A stretch of 64,000 nucleotides of DNA, taken from a virus. The notes beneath the pieces are model-generated. The model was not told the origin of the DNA. It worked only from the letters and a program-made list of their open reading frames with translations, and did no database searches. Shown piece by piece: positions 1 through 8,275 of the stretch; the stretch's first letter is position 1, and each line of letters opens with the position of its first letter. The translations under genes were made by a program, and so were the position numbers. Location of the stretch: the IMG/VR virus record IMGVR_UViG_3300045303_000221, positions 23,893 through 87,892 of that record; one strand, given 5' to 3'.

Positions 1-24
1 TCCCGCGGGCCTCTGTCCGCGGGC

Positions 25-240
25 GTGATCCGTCCCGGGGACGAGTGGGTACTGGTGGAGCTTCGGGACGGCGTGTGGAACGTCTCGCTGCTCCATCAGC
101 CCCCTCGCGGCTACCCGACGGAGGTGTGCCGGTGCGAGCGGCGCACGCGGTGGGGCGCGGGTCGAGCAGCGCGACGGATGCTGGACGGCTGGCGGCCACG
201 AGGTCGGAAGCCGCGGGAGTGGACGGTGCACCCGTGGTGA
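25..240 (+). CDS. hypothetical protein
   Basis: 71-aa ORF, GTG start; no recognisable motif. Confidence 0.4.
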   Translation: MIRPGDEWVLVELRDGVWNVSLLHQPPRGYPTEVCRCERRTRWGAGRAARRMLDGWRPRGRKPREWTVHPW

Positions 241-275
241 CAGAACGTGCGACACTGACCCCCCAGGAGGGGACG

Positions 276-632
276 ATGCGAACGGGACCACGGAAGACGA
301 GGGACGTGCTGCGGCGGCGTCTGGAGCACCTGGAGGCGAGGATCAGCGCCTCGCGGTCTTCGGATGGCGTGGACCTGTCGTTCGACCGCGCTGAATGCGC
401 GGCCCTGCGCTCCGCGATCCACGCTGTGGAGCGGACGATCATCCCCACGGAGGGGACGGCGCTGGTGCTGCGCGATGGCCGGGACGGCGGCGCGCAGTTG
501 CTGCTCGTGACGGACGGCGACGAGGTGGCCGAGGTGAATGCCTCGATCATCGATGGCCGGGTGCAGCTTGTCGCGAAGGGCGACGTGCTGGTGCGCTGGG
601 ACAGCGAGGTCGAGAGCGCGGACGTAGGCTGA
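276..632 (+). CDS. hypothetical protein
   Basis: ATG at 276 preceded by AGGAGG; shorter than the ORF-track call. Confidence 0.65.
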   Translation: MRTGPRKTRDVLRRRLEHLEARISASRSSDGVDLSFDRAECAALRSAIHAVERTIIPTEGTALVLRDGRDGGAQLLLVTDGDEVAEVNASIIDGRVQLVAKGDVLVRWDSEVESADVG

Positions 633-634
633 GC

Positions 635-1969
635 GTGGAGTGGGCGCTGGACGACGGCGACGTGCGGATCGCGCTGGGCGACGCGGCAGAGCGGCTGCGC
701 GAGATGGCCTCGGGGTCGGTGCAGATGGTCTGCTCCAGCCCGCCGTTCTGGGGTCTACGCGACTACGGGACGGGCACATGGGAGGGCGGCGATCCGGAGC
801 ATGAGCACGACCGGGTGGGCGCACGCGGCGGTAGGGGCGGCTCCGGATCGCCGGGCAAGAACACGGTCGGCGCGACCCCGGCGACGGTGCCGGTGCCGGA
901 GTGCTCGTGCGGCGCGCTCTACGTTGATCCGCAGATCGGGATGGAGGAGACGCCGGACGAGTGGGCGGCGCGGCTCGTGGGCGTGTACCGCGAGTGCCGC
1001 CGCGTGCTCCGCGACGACGGCGTGATGTTCGTGGAGGTCGGCGACAGCTACTCCGGGACTCCCCACTGGGGAGGGAACAACGGTCTGGGTCATCCTCCGA
1101 CCGATGCGCAGGCCGGTGGGCAGAGGGGGGCGCGTCGGAGCAACGTCGCCGACGCGATCAAGCCGAAGGACATGATCGGCCAGCCGTGGCTGCTCGCGTT
1201 CGCGCTCCGTGCCGACGGGTGGTTCCTGCGCTCGGAGATCATCTGGGCGAAGGCGAACCCGATGCCCGAGTCCGTCACGGACCGCGTGACGCGGGCGCAC
1301 TCCACGGTGTTCATGCTGTCGAAGCGGCCACGCTACTTCTGGGACGCGGACGCGATTCGCGAGGCGTACATCATGGACGGCCGGAAGGTGACGACGGTGA
1401 CCGGCACCGACGCTTCTGCGCAGCACCGCGACGGCGAGCGGTGGCCGAACCCAATGGGCGCGAACGCCCGCAGCGTGTGGACTCTCGCGACCGAGCCGAC
1501 GCCGTTCGCGCACTTCGCCACCTGGCCGCAGGCGCTGGTCGAGCGGATGGTGAAGGCGAGCACGAGCGAGTACGGATGCTGCGTGGCGTGCGGCGCTCCG
1601 TGGCGGCGCGTGGTGGAGCGCGAGGGCGAGTCCACTGGGGAGCGGCTGGCCCGGAAGACGAAGCGGGACGCCGCCGCGCCGATCGCACCGCGTAGCGATG
1701 GCGGCTTGACGCAGCACGCGGCGGGGAGCCTGCTCGCCGTTCCCCGCGAGGCTCGGATGGTCGGCTGGGAGCCGACGTGCCAGTGCGGCGTCGGCCCGGA
1801 GACGATCCCGGCGACGCGGCCGTGCGTGGTGCTCGACCCGTTCATGGGATCGGGCACAACGGCGCTGGTCGCGCGGCGGCTCGGGAGGCACGCCGTCGGG
1901 GTGGAGTTGAACCCGGACTACCTGGGCATCGCGGCGCGGCGGCTCCAGCAGTTGTCGCTGCTCGCGTGA
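635..1969 (+). CDS. DNA methyltransferase, N4/N6 class beta
   Basis: Motif IV SSPPFW near the N-terminus, IIWAKANPMPES, motif I VLDPFMGSGTT, GVELNPDY near the C-terminus; start approximate. Confidence 0.92.
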   Translation: MEWALDDGDVRIALGDAAERLREMASGSVQMVCSSPPFWGLRDYGTGTWEGGDPEHEHDRVGARGGRGGSGSPGKNTVGATPATVPVPECSCGALYVDPQIGMEETPDEWAARLVGVYRECRRVLRDDGVMFVEVGDSYSGTPHWGGNNGLGHPPTDAQAGGQRGARRSNVADAIKPKDMIGQPWLLAFALRADGWFLRSEIIWAKANPMPESVTDRVTRAHSTVFMLSKRPRYFWDADAIREAYIMDGRKVTTVTGTDASAQHRDGERWPNPMGANARSVWTLATEPTPFAHFATWPQALVERMVKASTSEYGCCVACGAPWRRVVEREGESTGERLARKTKRDAAAPIAPRSDGGLTQHAAGSLLAVPREARMVGWEPTCQCGVGPETIPATRPCVVLDPFMGSGTTALVARRLGRHAVGVELNPDYLGIAARRLQQLSLLA

Positions 1970-2006
1970 CCCCGCTGTGATCGTTGGTCGTGTACGCTCG
2001 CAGTCG

Positions 2007-2507
2007 ATGGCGGACCGTGGGCGTCACGAGCGGCAAGAGGTGGAACGGCGGGTGGCCCGAGAGCTAGGCCGGATCGCCGACGCCCTGGAGGCGCGCGTGC
2101 GTCGGCGCGACAAACTGCCCGCGTGGGCGGAGAGGATGGAAGCGAAGATGGCGGATCTCGATCAGGCGATTCTCGACCTGCAGGCGGCAACGAAGTCGGT
2201 CGTGGAGGACGCGAAGAACGCGGTCGTGAACGAGCTTCACCGGCTCTCGGACGAGGTGCGCAACGCGCCCGACACGGACGCGGCGGCCGAGAAGATCAGC
2301 GCGGTAGCGGAGTCGCTGTCGCAGGCGGCGGTGGACATGAAGTCGGCGGTGGACGAGACGGACGGCGACGAAGCCGCTCCGGCCGACCCCGGCACCGGCG
2401 AGGCTCCGGCGGACGGCACAGCGGAGCCGCTGCCCGACCTGCCCGGCGACCCGGTGAACACCGAGGATCTGGGCACCGGCGACGGCGGCGACCTCCCCCC
2501 CGCCTGA
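2007..2507 (+). CDS. coiled-coil protein with acidic tail
   Basis: Helical heptads then D/P/G-rich tail; start 1977 or 2007. Confidence 0.65.
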   Translation: MADRGRHERQEVERRVARELGRIADALEARVRRRDKLPAWAERMEAKMADLDQAILDLQAATKSVVEDAKNAVVNELHRLSDEVRNAPDTDAAAEKISAVAESLSQAAVDMKSAVDETDGDEAAPADPGTGEAPADGTAEPLPDLPGDPVNTEDLGTGDGGDLPPA

Positions 2508-2533
2508 CCGACCCCTCACGCCCGATGATGTAG

Positions 2534-2563
2534 CGAAGCCCGGCTCCGGCCGGGCTTCGTCGT
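2534..2563 (+). terminator. intrinsic terminator-like hairpin
   Basis: GAAGCCCGG/CCGGGCTTC inverted repeat after a stop codon. Confidence 0.6.
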
Positions 2564-2564
2564 T

Positions 2565-2618
2565 CTAGCTCACGACGTGTTATACTTGGGGTGCGGGGAG
2601 AGTCCCCGCAGAGAGGAG
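2565..2618 (+). promoter_or_regulatory. conserved phage promoter + leader hairpin + RBS (copy 1)
   Basis: CTAGCTCACGACGTGT-TATACT-TGGGG-TGCGGGGA-GAG-TCCCCGCA-GAGAGGAG; nearly identical to 6848-6899. Confidence 0.85.
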
Positions 2619-2627
2619 ACGCAGGAC

Positions 2628-3104
2628 ATGACCCGACGGTATGTGAGTTGCGCGGAGACGGCGAAGCTGGTTCGCGCCGCACTCAAGGCGAAGTTCCCGG
2701 GGGTGAAGTTCTCGGTCCGATCCCACACCTACTCGGGTGGGGCGTCGATCGACGTGACGTGGCTGGATGGGCCGACCGGCAAGGACGTGGCGCTGGTGAC
2801 GGAGCTTTACCGCGGCTCGACCTTCGACGGGATGATCGATCTGAGGACGAGCCACACGACGCTGCTCGCCAGCCCGGACGGGTCGGTCGAGGAGGTTCAC
2901 TTCGCAGCGGACTACGTGTTCACGCACCGCAACCTGTCGCCGGAGTTCCAGGCGACCCTGGGCGCGATGTACGAGGCGGAGTACGGCGCGGTGTACGACC
3001 GCGAGGCGTACGACAACAGCGCCGACCACTACTACCGCAAGCTCGTGAGCGAGACGTGGGGGCCGCTGCGGAAGGTCGCGAAGATGGAAGGGGCGACGAG
3101 GTGA
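2628..3104 (+). CDS. LPD29-like protein
   Basis: AKLVRAALKAKFPGVKFSVRS..YSGGASIDVTWLDGPT...FDGMID matches my recollection of LPD29. Confidence 0.75.
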   Translation: MTRRYVSCAETAKLVRAALKAKFPGVKFSVRSHTYSGGASIDVTWLDGPTGKDVALVTELYRGSTFDGMIDLRTSHTTLLASPDGSVEEVHFAADYVFTHRNLSPEFQATLGAMYEAEYGAVYDREAYDNSADHYYRKLVSETWGPLRKVAKMEGATR

Positions 3105-3394
3105 AGACCTCCATCCGGATCGCGCGGGTGCTGGACTCTGCGTCCGATCAGGTGCTCGCTTCCGGGGAGGGTGTGGAGGCCGCGATCGAACTCGGCATCC
3201 GCGCCGTCCCCCGCAACCAGGCCCCGACGAAGGCGGCTGTCATCGACCACCTGTGCATGTGGTGGAACGGCGTCGGTCAGATGAAGTCGAAGAACTACTG
3301 GACGTGGGACCGCATCCGCGACTACTTCGACAACGCGCCGAACCGGGCGAGCCTGCTCAACCAGTGCGCCGACTTCTGGCGCGGAGGGAACTGA
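3101..3394 (+). CDS. hypothetical protein
   Basis: GTGA overlap with upstream stop. Confidence 0.6.
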   Translation: MKTSIRIARVLDSASDQVLASGEGVEAAIELGIRAVPRNQAPTKAAVIDHLCMWWNGVGQMKSKNYWTWDRIRDYFDNAPNRASLLNQCADFWRGGN

Positions 3395-3579
3395 TGGCGA
3401 TGAACAAGCGCGAAGGCATCCGCTACCACGTGGACGCGCTCCCGCACGGCCGGGGGCAGATGGTGGCCGACCTGATCGACGGCGGCAAGCTCGTGCAGAC
3501 GTGGCCGGTCGGAAGCCCGGCCCCGTTCGACACGGTGCAGCGCGCGGCTGATGAGGCGAACGGCGAGCGCCGGGCATGA
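3394..3579 (+). CDS. hypothetical protein
   Basis: TGATG coupling, GGAGG RBS. Confidence 0.6.
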   Translation: MAMNKREGIRYHVDALPHGRGQMVADLIDGGKLVQTWPVGSPAPFDTVQRAADEANGERRA

Positions 3580-4061
3580 CGCTCGCGCCGGGTGATCGTG
3601 TCGCCTACGAGGCGCACGGCAACTTCGTGGTGATCGGCGACGACCACTGGCCGGGCAGGATCGGCTACGTGCTCGCCGTCGATCAGTCCTCCGCCGCCGT
3701 CGTCTGGGAGGGCGGCAGCACGAGCACGCTGCCGTTCTCGCGGCTGCGGCTGATCGCGCCGGAGCGGTTCTGTCAGATGTGCTTCCGCAACGTGTACCTC
3801 GCGCACGGCGTGCAGACCGGGCACCTGATGGAGTGGGTGCCGGACAGCGAGGGCGAGGTGACGCTGATCGGCGGCCGGGCGGTGTCGCTGGATTCGACGG
3901 AGGCTGACCGGCAGGTGCGGCGGCGGAAGATGATGCGCGCGAACGAGGAGATCAACAGGCTCGTCGCGCACTGGCGCATCTGCTCGTCGTCGCCGAAGTA
4001 CGTGGGTGTACCATCCCGACGTGGCTCACGACGTAGGCCAACTAGCGATCACCCGTCCTGA
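3576..4061 (+). CDS. hypothetical protein (SH3-like N-terminus, CxxC)
   Basis: ATGA coupling; PGDRV...IGYVLAV...VVW; CQMC. Confidence 0.55.
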   Translation: MTLAPGDRVAYEAHGNFVVIGDDHWPGRIGYVLAVDQSSAAVVWEGGSTSTLPFSRLRLIAPERFCQMCFRNVYLAHGVQTGHLMEWVPDSEGEVTLIGGRAVSLDSTEADRQVRRRKMMRANEEINRLVAHWRICSSSPKYVGVPSRRGSRRRPTSDHPS

Positions 4062-4278
4062 GCGGGCCTGGGACGTGCACCGGCTGACCGAGCGTCAGCA
4101 CGGCGTGCTGGAGTGGGCGCGGCTGCACGGCGACGTGCGTACCCGCGAGCTTCGCCGGGCGCATGGCTACTCGCGGCCGTCGGCGGCGTTGAAGGTGTTG
4201 GAGCGGCGGGGTCTGCTGCGGAAGGTCGGGCGCGGCCGGTACGTGCCGGTCGCCGCGCCGACCGAGGTGGCGGCATGA
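4006..4278 (+). CDS. winged-helix DNA-binding protein
   Basis: LTERQHGVLEW...ALKVLERRGLLRKVGRGRY. Confidence 0.65.
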   Translation: MYHPDVAHDVGQLAITRPERAWDVHRLTERQHGVLEWARLHGDVRTRELRRAHGYSRPSAALKVLERRGLLRKVGRGRYVPVAAPTEVAA

Positions 4279-4394
4279 AGATGCTGGCGGCGCTCGGTCT
4301 GATCCTGTGGCTGGCCGCCGACTCGCGGTTCGGGCTGATCCTGTTCTCGGGCAGCCTCGCGCTGGCGCTGATGAGCAGCGGGAGGACGGCGTGA
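4275..4394 (+). CDS. small membrane protein
   Basis: ATGA coupling; two hydrophobic stretches. Confidence 0.5.
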   Translation: MKMLAALGLILWLAADSRFGLILFSGSLALALMSSGRTA

Positions 4395-4876
4395 CGACGG
4401 ACGTGAAGCCGACGTTCACCGGGCCGGGCGGGAGCGCGTGGGAAGTGGCCGTGCCGGACGCGCCGGGCCACGGGCAGGTGTGCCAGTGGCTGCTGTTCGC
4501 GCCCACCGCGCACCCGTTCTGGAACTTCCACGTCATCACGGTCGCGCACCTGCTGCCGATCGAGGGCGTGAAGGACGCGCACGTCCAGTTCCCGGGCGCG
4601 TCGCACGAAATGCTCGTGCTGGCGCTCGATCCGGAGACGGAGGACGCGATCGACCCGGCTGACGCCGCGACGCAGAAGCAGTGGATGCAGCCGCCGGACG
4701 CCGTGGTGCAGTTCATCGTCGCGAACGACGAGCAGGCGTGCGCCGTGGCGCGGTTCTCGGCGCAGGCCGTGACGCAGGGACTGATCGCCCCGGACTCGGA
4801 CTTCAGGCAAGCGTGGGAGGTGGGCGTGGCGGCGACGGCTGAGCACGTCCGGCTCGGCGAGCACCCGGAGGGCTGA
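4391..4876 (+). CDS. hypothetical phage protein
   Basis: GGAGG RBS, GTG start, coupled to terminase by TGATG. Confidence 0.65.
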   Translation: MTTDVKPTFTGPGGSAWEVAVPDAPGHGQVCQWLLFAPTAHPFWNFHVITVAHLLPIEGVKDAHVQFPGASHEMLVLALDPETEDAIDPADAATQKQWMQPPDAVVQFIVANDEQACAVARFSAQAVTQGLIAPDSDFRQAWEVGVAATAEHVRLGEHPEG

Positions 4877-6648
4877 TGCCGTCGCACGCGATCACCACGC
4901 TGCGCGGGAAGATGGCCGGGGCGGCGACGCGGCGGCTCAACGAGGCGCGCGCGGTGCAGGCGCGGAAGGTCAGCGAGACGGGCTTCTACGAGTGGGCGCT
5001 GCGCATCCCGGAGCCGAAGACGGGGACGCTCGACTTCGACAAGTTCCCGTTCCAGAAAGAGATGTACCAGGAGTCCGGCGAGCGCGAGATCGTGGTGAAG
5101 AAGGCCACCCAGATCGGCGTGTCGGCGTACCTGATCCGGTGGTCGCTGTTCTACGCCGACACGCGCGGCTGGTCGGTGCTCTACATCTTCCCGACGGTGA
5201 AGCAGTTGTACGACCTGTCGGACGCGCGGGTGCAGCCGCTGATCGACAACACGGAGTACCTGCGCGGCCGGGTGCCGCGCACGCGGGTGCAGAACAAGGG
5301 CCTGAAGGGCGTCGGCCTCGGGCTGGTCTACTTCCGCGGCTCGGAGCGCAAGCGGGCGCTCGACTCGGTGGACGCGGACGCCATCGCCTTCGATGAGTAC
5401 GACACGCTGACGCAGGACAACCTGCCGGACGCCGAGCGGCGCGTGTCCGGCTCCGAGCACGGCCTGCTGCGCCGCGTCGGCGTGCCGTCGGTGCCGGACT
5501 TCGGGGTCAGCGCGGGGTACGAGCGCAGCGACCAGCGGCGGTGGCTGACGAAGTGCGAGGGGTGCGGCGAGTGGCAGCCGATCGACTTCTGGAAGAACGT
5601 GGACCAGGAGCGGATGATGGTCGTCTGTTTCGTGTGCCGGAAGCCGCTGGAGGTGGAGCGCGGCGAGTGGGTGGCGCAGTACCCGGAGCGCGACGTGCGC
5701 GGCTACCACGCGCCGCGGCTGATCGTGCCGCGCATCGCTCGGAACGAGAACGGTGCTCTGGAGGGCATCGTCAAGGAGAGCAAGAAGCGGAAGCCGTACG
5801 AGGTCACCGTCTTCCACAACAAGGACCTGGCCGAGGACTACGCACCGGCGGAGGGGCGGCTGACGCTGGCGGCCATCCAGGCGGCGCAGACGGCGGGCGG
5901 CGGCTACGCGCAGTTGACGGGGTACACCGGCGACCGGCTGGTGACGATGGGCGTGGACGTGGCGTCCACCCGGAACCTGAACGTGCGGATCTCTGAGCAC
6001 CTGCGCGACGGCGTGAAGCGGGCGCTCTACATCGGGGAGGCCAAGAGCTTCGATGAGGTGGGCGAGTTGATCCGCCGGTTCCGGGTGAACATGACGGCGA
6101 TCGACCACCTGCCCGAGCACCGGCTGGCGATGGGCCTGGCGGAGCAGTACGCGGGCCTCGTCTACCTGGTGAACTACTCGGCTCCGAAGGTGGGGCCGGT
6201 GCTGACCGTGAATGAGGGGCTGCGGACGGCGAGCGTGCGGCGGACGGAGGCGATCGACGCGACGTTCCAGCAGATGCGCGAGCAGCGCAACCACCTGCCG
6301 ATCGACCTGCCGGAGGGCTACGCGCAGCAGATGACGACGCTCGTGCGGCACGTGACGGTGGACGAGTCGGACAAGGTGGTCGTGAGCTACAAGGCGACCG
6401 GCCCGCACGACTATGCGCAGGCCGAGGTGTACGACCTGATCGCGGGCGAGTTGTGGACGTTCCGGCAGGCCGTCGATGCCGAGATGCAGTCGGAGCTTCG
6501 GCCGCTCGATGACATGCTGGAGTTTGAGCGCAGCGCGCTGTCGGACGAGAGCGTCGGCTACTCGCCGGGGCCGAGCCTGGACGAGGGGTTCGCGGAGGAT
6601 GAACTGCCGGACTACGACGATCCCGAGGTGGCTGGCGGCGACTGGTGA
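4876..6648 (+). CDS. terL: terminase large subunit (GpA-like)
   Basis: Walker A-like VVKKATQIGVS, LYIFPT, Walker B IAFDEYD, two CxxC pairs, nuclease MGVDV, C-terminal HDYAQAE. Confidence 0.9.
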   Translation: MPSHAITTLRGKMAGAATRRLNEARAVQARKVSETGFYEWALRIPEPKTGTLDFDKFPFQKEMYQESGEREIVVKKATQIGVSAYLIRWSLFYADTRGWSVLYIFPTVKQLYDLSDARVQPLIDNTEYLRGRVPRTRVQNKGLKGVGLGLVYFRGSERKRALDSVDADAIAFDEYDTLTQDNLPDAERRVSGSEHGLLRRVGVPSVPDFGVSAGYERSDQRRWLTKCEGCGEWQPIDFWKNVDQERMMVVCFVCRKPLEVERGEWVAQYPERDVRGYHAPRLIVPRIARNENGALEGIVKESKKRKPYEVTVFHNKDLAEDYAPAEGRLTLAAIQAAQTAGGGYAQLTGYTGDRLVTMGVDVASTRNLNVRISEHLRDGVKRALYIGEAKSFDEVGELIRRFRVNMTAIDHLPEHRLAMGLAEQYAGLVYLVNYSAPKVGPVLTVNEGLRTASVRRTEAIDATFQQMREQRNHLPIDLPEGYAQQMTTLVRHVTVDESDKVVVSYKATGPHDYAQAEVYDLIAGELWTFRQAVDAEMQSELRPLDDMLEFERSALSDESVGYSPGPSLDEGFAEDELPDYDDPEVAGGDW

Positions 6649-6851
6649 GCGATCAGTACGGGAAGCGGTGGCGCGGCGGGGTGGACTGGCACAAGTGGGG
6701 CGTCGCGCTGATCGTGATGGTCGGCGAGTCGCGCGACGTGCCGGGGGACACGACGGTCATGTACGTGGAGCCGTGGCAGATCCACGTGCAGGTCGGGCCG
6801 TGGTGGGGCGACGTGCGTGGCCGGTTCCCGGACACGCCTGGGCCTGCCTAG
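6645..6851 (+). CDS. hypothetical protein
   Basis: GTGA overlap with terL. Confidence 0.5.
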   Translation: MSDQYGKRWRGGVDWHKWGVALIVMVGESRDVPGDTTVMYVEPWQIHVQVGPWWGDVRGRFPDTPGPA

Positions 6852-6899
6852 CTCACGACGTGCTATACTTGGGGTGCGGGGAGGGACCCCGCAGAGAGG
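6848..6899 (+). promoter_or_regulatory. conserved phage promoter + leader hairpin + RBS (copy 2)
   Basis: CTAGCTCACGACGTGC-TATACT-TGGGGTGCGGGGAGGGACCCCGCAGAGAGG. Confidence 0.85.
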
Positions 6900-6909
6900 C
6901 AGGTGCGAC

Positions 6910-7185
6910 ATGGGCACGACGAGGACCCCGACCTTCCGCGTGGAGGCGACCTCGGTACGGCTGCGCGACGGCAAGCGGTTCCACGAGGTGCTGCTCGGCT
7001 GGCGCGGCACGGCGACGGACGCGAAGCTCGCGGAGTGGGTCGAGACGTTCGACACGGCGACCGCGCCGGGCGGCGTGAACGCCCACCTCGGGCAGCACCA
7101 GACGACGCGCGCGAAGGTCGTCCGGCAGACCACCGGCGAGACGGTCGCGACGTTCGTCCGCCCGATGTTTGAGGCGGTGGCGTGA
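6910..7185 (+). CDS. hypothetical protein
   Basis: ATG after conserved leader. Confidence 0.65.
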   Translation: MGTTRTPTFRVEATSVRLRDGKRFHEVLLGWRGTATDAKLAEWVETFDTATAPGGVNAHLGQHQTTRAKVVRQTTGETVATFVRPMFEAVA

Positions 7186-7445
7186 TGGCGGTTGACCACG
7201 CGACCTGGCCGTATCGCTACCCGAACACGTACGAGATGCACATGCGCAACGTCGTGACCGGCGAGGTGCGCCACGTGCTGGCGAAGGCGTTCGACTCCAC
7301 GACCGCGCTGGCGTACGTGCTGCGCAACGAGCGGACGGGCCAGTGGGTGCTGGACGGCTTCGTCTACGACGAGCAGACGGGCGGCGGAGGCCGTGCCGGG
7401 ACGCTCCACCCGCGGCAGGCCGGGACGCCGGGGTACGTGCCGTGA
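7182..7445 (+). CDS. hypothetical protein
   Basis: Translationally coupled. Confidence 0.55.
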   Translation: MMAVDHATWPYRYPNTYEMHMRNVVTGEVRHVLAKAFDSTTALAYVLRNERTGQWVLDGFVYDEQTGGGGRAGTLHPRQAGTPGYVP

Positions 7446-7678
7446 CGGCGCTGCGCCGGGCGTTCGCCTGGGACCTGATCGGCTTCGACGGCGCGTGCCG
7501 GACGCTCCCGAACGGCCGGGCGGTGTGGGAGGCCGTGGACTACGACGACTCCCGCACGCCCGCCCGCCGGAAGGTGAAACTGTCGCGGCTCGTGGTGGAC
7601 GAGTCCGGGCTGCGGCAGGTGACGCGCTACGTCGATCCGGACCAGCCGATGGAAGTGCTGGCGGAGCCGTCGGCGTGA
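7442..7678 (+). CDS. hypothetical protein
   Basis: GTGA coupling. Confidence 0.55.
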   Translation: MTALRRAFAWDLIGFDGACRTLPNGRAVWEAVDYDDSRTPARRKVKLSRLVVDESGLRQVTRYVDPDQPMEVLAEPSA

Positions 7679-8154
7679 TCATCCTGGCGTTCATCGTGCT
7701 GTGCGCGTTCGCCCCGCTGATGTGGGAGATGTTCAAGACCGCGCTGGTCGTGGCCGGGTGGGCGCTGGTCGCGGCCTGGGCCGCGCTGGTCGCGGTGTGG
7801 TGGATCGCCGTTGTGATCGTGACGGCGGTCGGCGAGGCGTGGCTGTGGTGGCGCGCTCGGCGGCGGCGGCGGGCGGAGTTGCTGGCGGCGGGCAGGTTTG
7901 TGCTGGAGGGCAAGCCGGTGGTGCGGCCGGTGGCGCTCGCGAACCCGGAGTGGTGGGACCTGATTCCGGACGATGCGTTCGTGCCGCCGCTCGGGTGGCG
8001 GGTGCGCAAGAAGCTGCGGCTGCCTGCGCGTCCGCTGCCGCAGGTGCCGACGCCGGGCCGGGCTGCGCTGCCTCCTGCCACGGTGCTGCCGCCGCCGCCC
8101 GCGCGGAAGAAGAAGCCGTCCGCCGAGGGCGCTACGCTTCGATCCTCAACCTAG
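7675..8154 (+). CDS. membrane protein
   Basis: Long hydrophobic N-terminus followed by an Arg run. Confidence 0.6.
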   Translation: MIILAFIVLCAFAPLMWEMFKTALVVAGWALVAAWAALVAVWWIAVVIVTAVGEAWLWWRARRRRRAELLAAGRFVLEGKPVVRPVALANPEWWDLIPDDAFVPPLGWRVRKKLRLPARPLPQVPTPGRAALPPATVLPPPPARKKKPSAEGATLRSST

Positions 8155-8168
8155 TCACTCCCGACCGA

Positions 8169-8192
8169 AGCCCGCCCCTCCGGGGGCGGGCT
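8169..8192 (+). terminator. terminator-like hairpin
   Basis: AGCCCGCCCC-TCCG-GGGGCGGGCT. Confidence 0.6.
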
Positions 8193-8214
8193 AGTCGCTC
8201 CCGGTGACTGGCGG

Positions 8215-8269
8215 CTAGCGCACGGTGTGTGTTACAATTGAGGTGCGGGGACGACCCCCGCAGAGAGGA
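8215..8269 (+). promoter_or_regulatory. conserved promoter + hairpin + RBS
   Basis: CTAGCGCACGGTGTGTGT-TACAAT...TGCGGGG-ACGAC-CCCCGCA-GAGAGG. Confidence 0.8.
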
Positions 8270-8275
8270 ACGCGG

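Noticed and set aside
4391-4876. Gene upstream of terL as small terminase
   Set aside because: No HTH or coiled-coil pattern typical of TerS; position alone is insufficient
2565-6899. Near-identical 52-bp repeats as CRISPR repeats or att sites
   Set aside because: Kilobases apart with no spacer periodicity and no cas or integrase; better explained as promoter-leader copies
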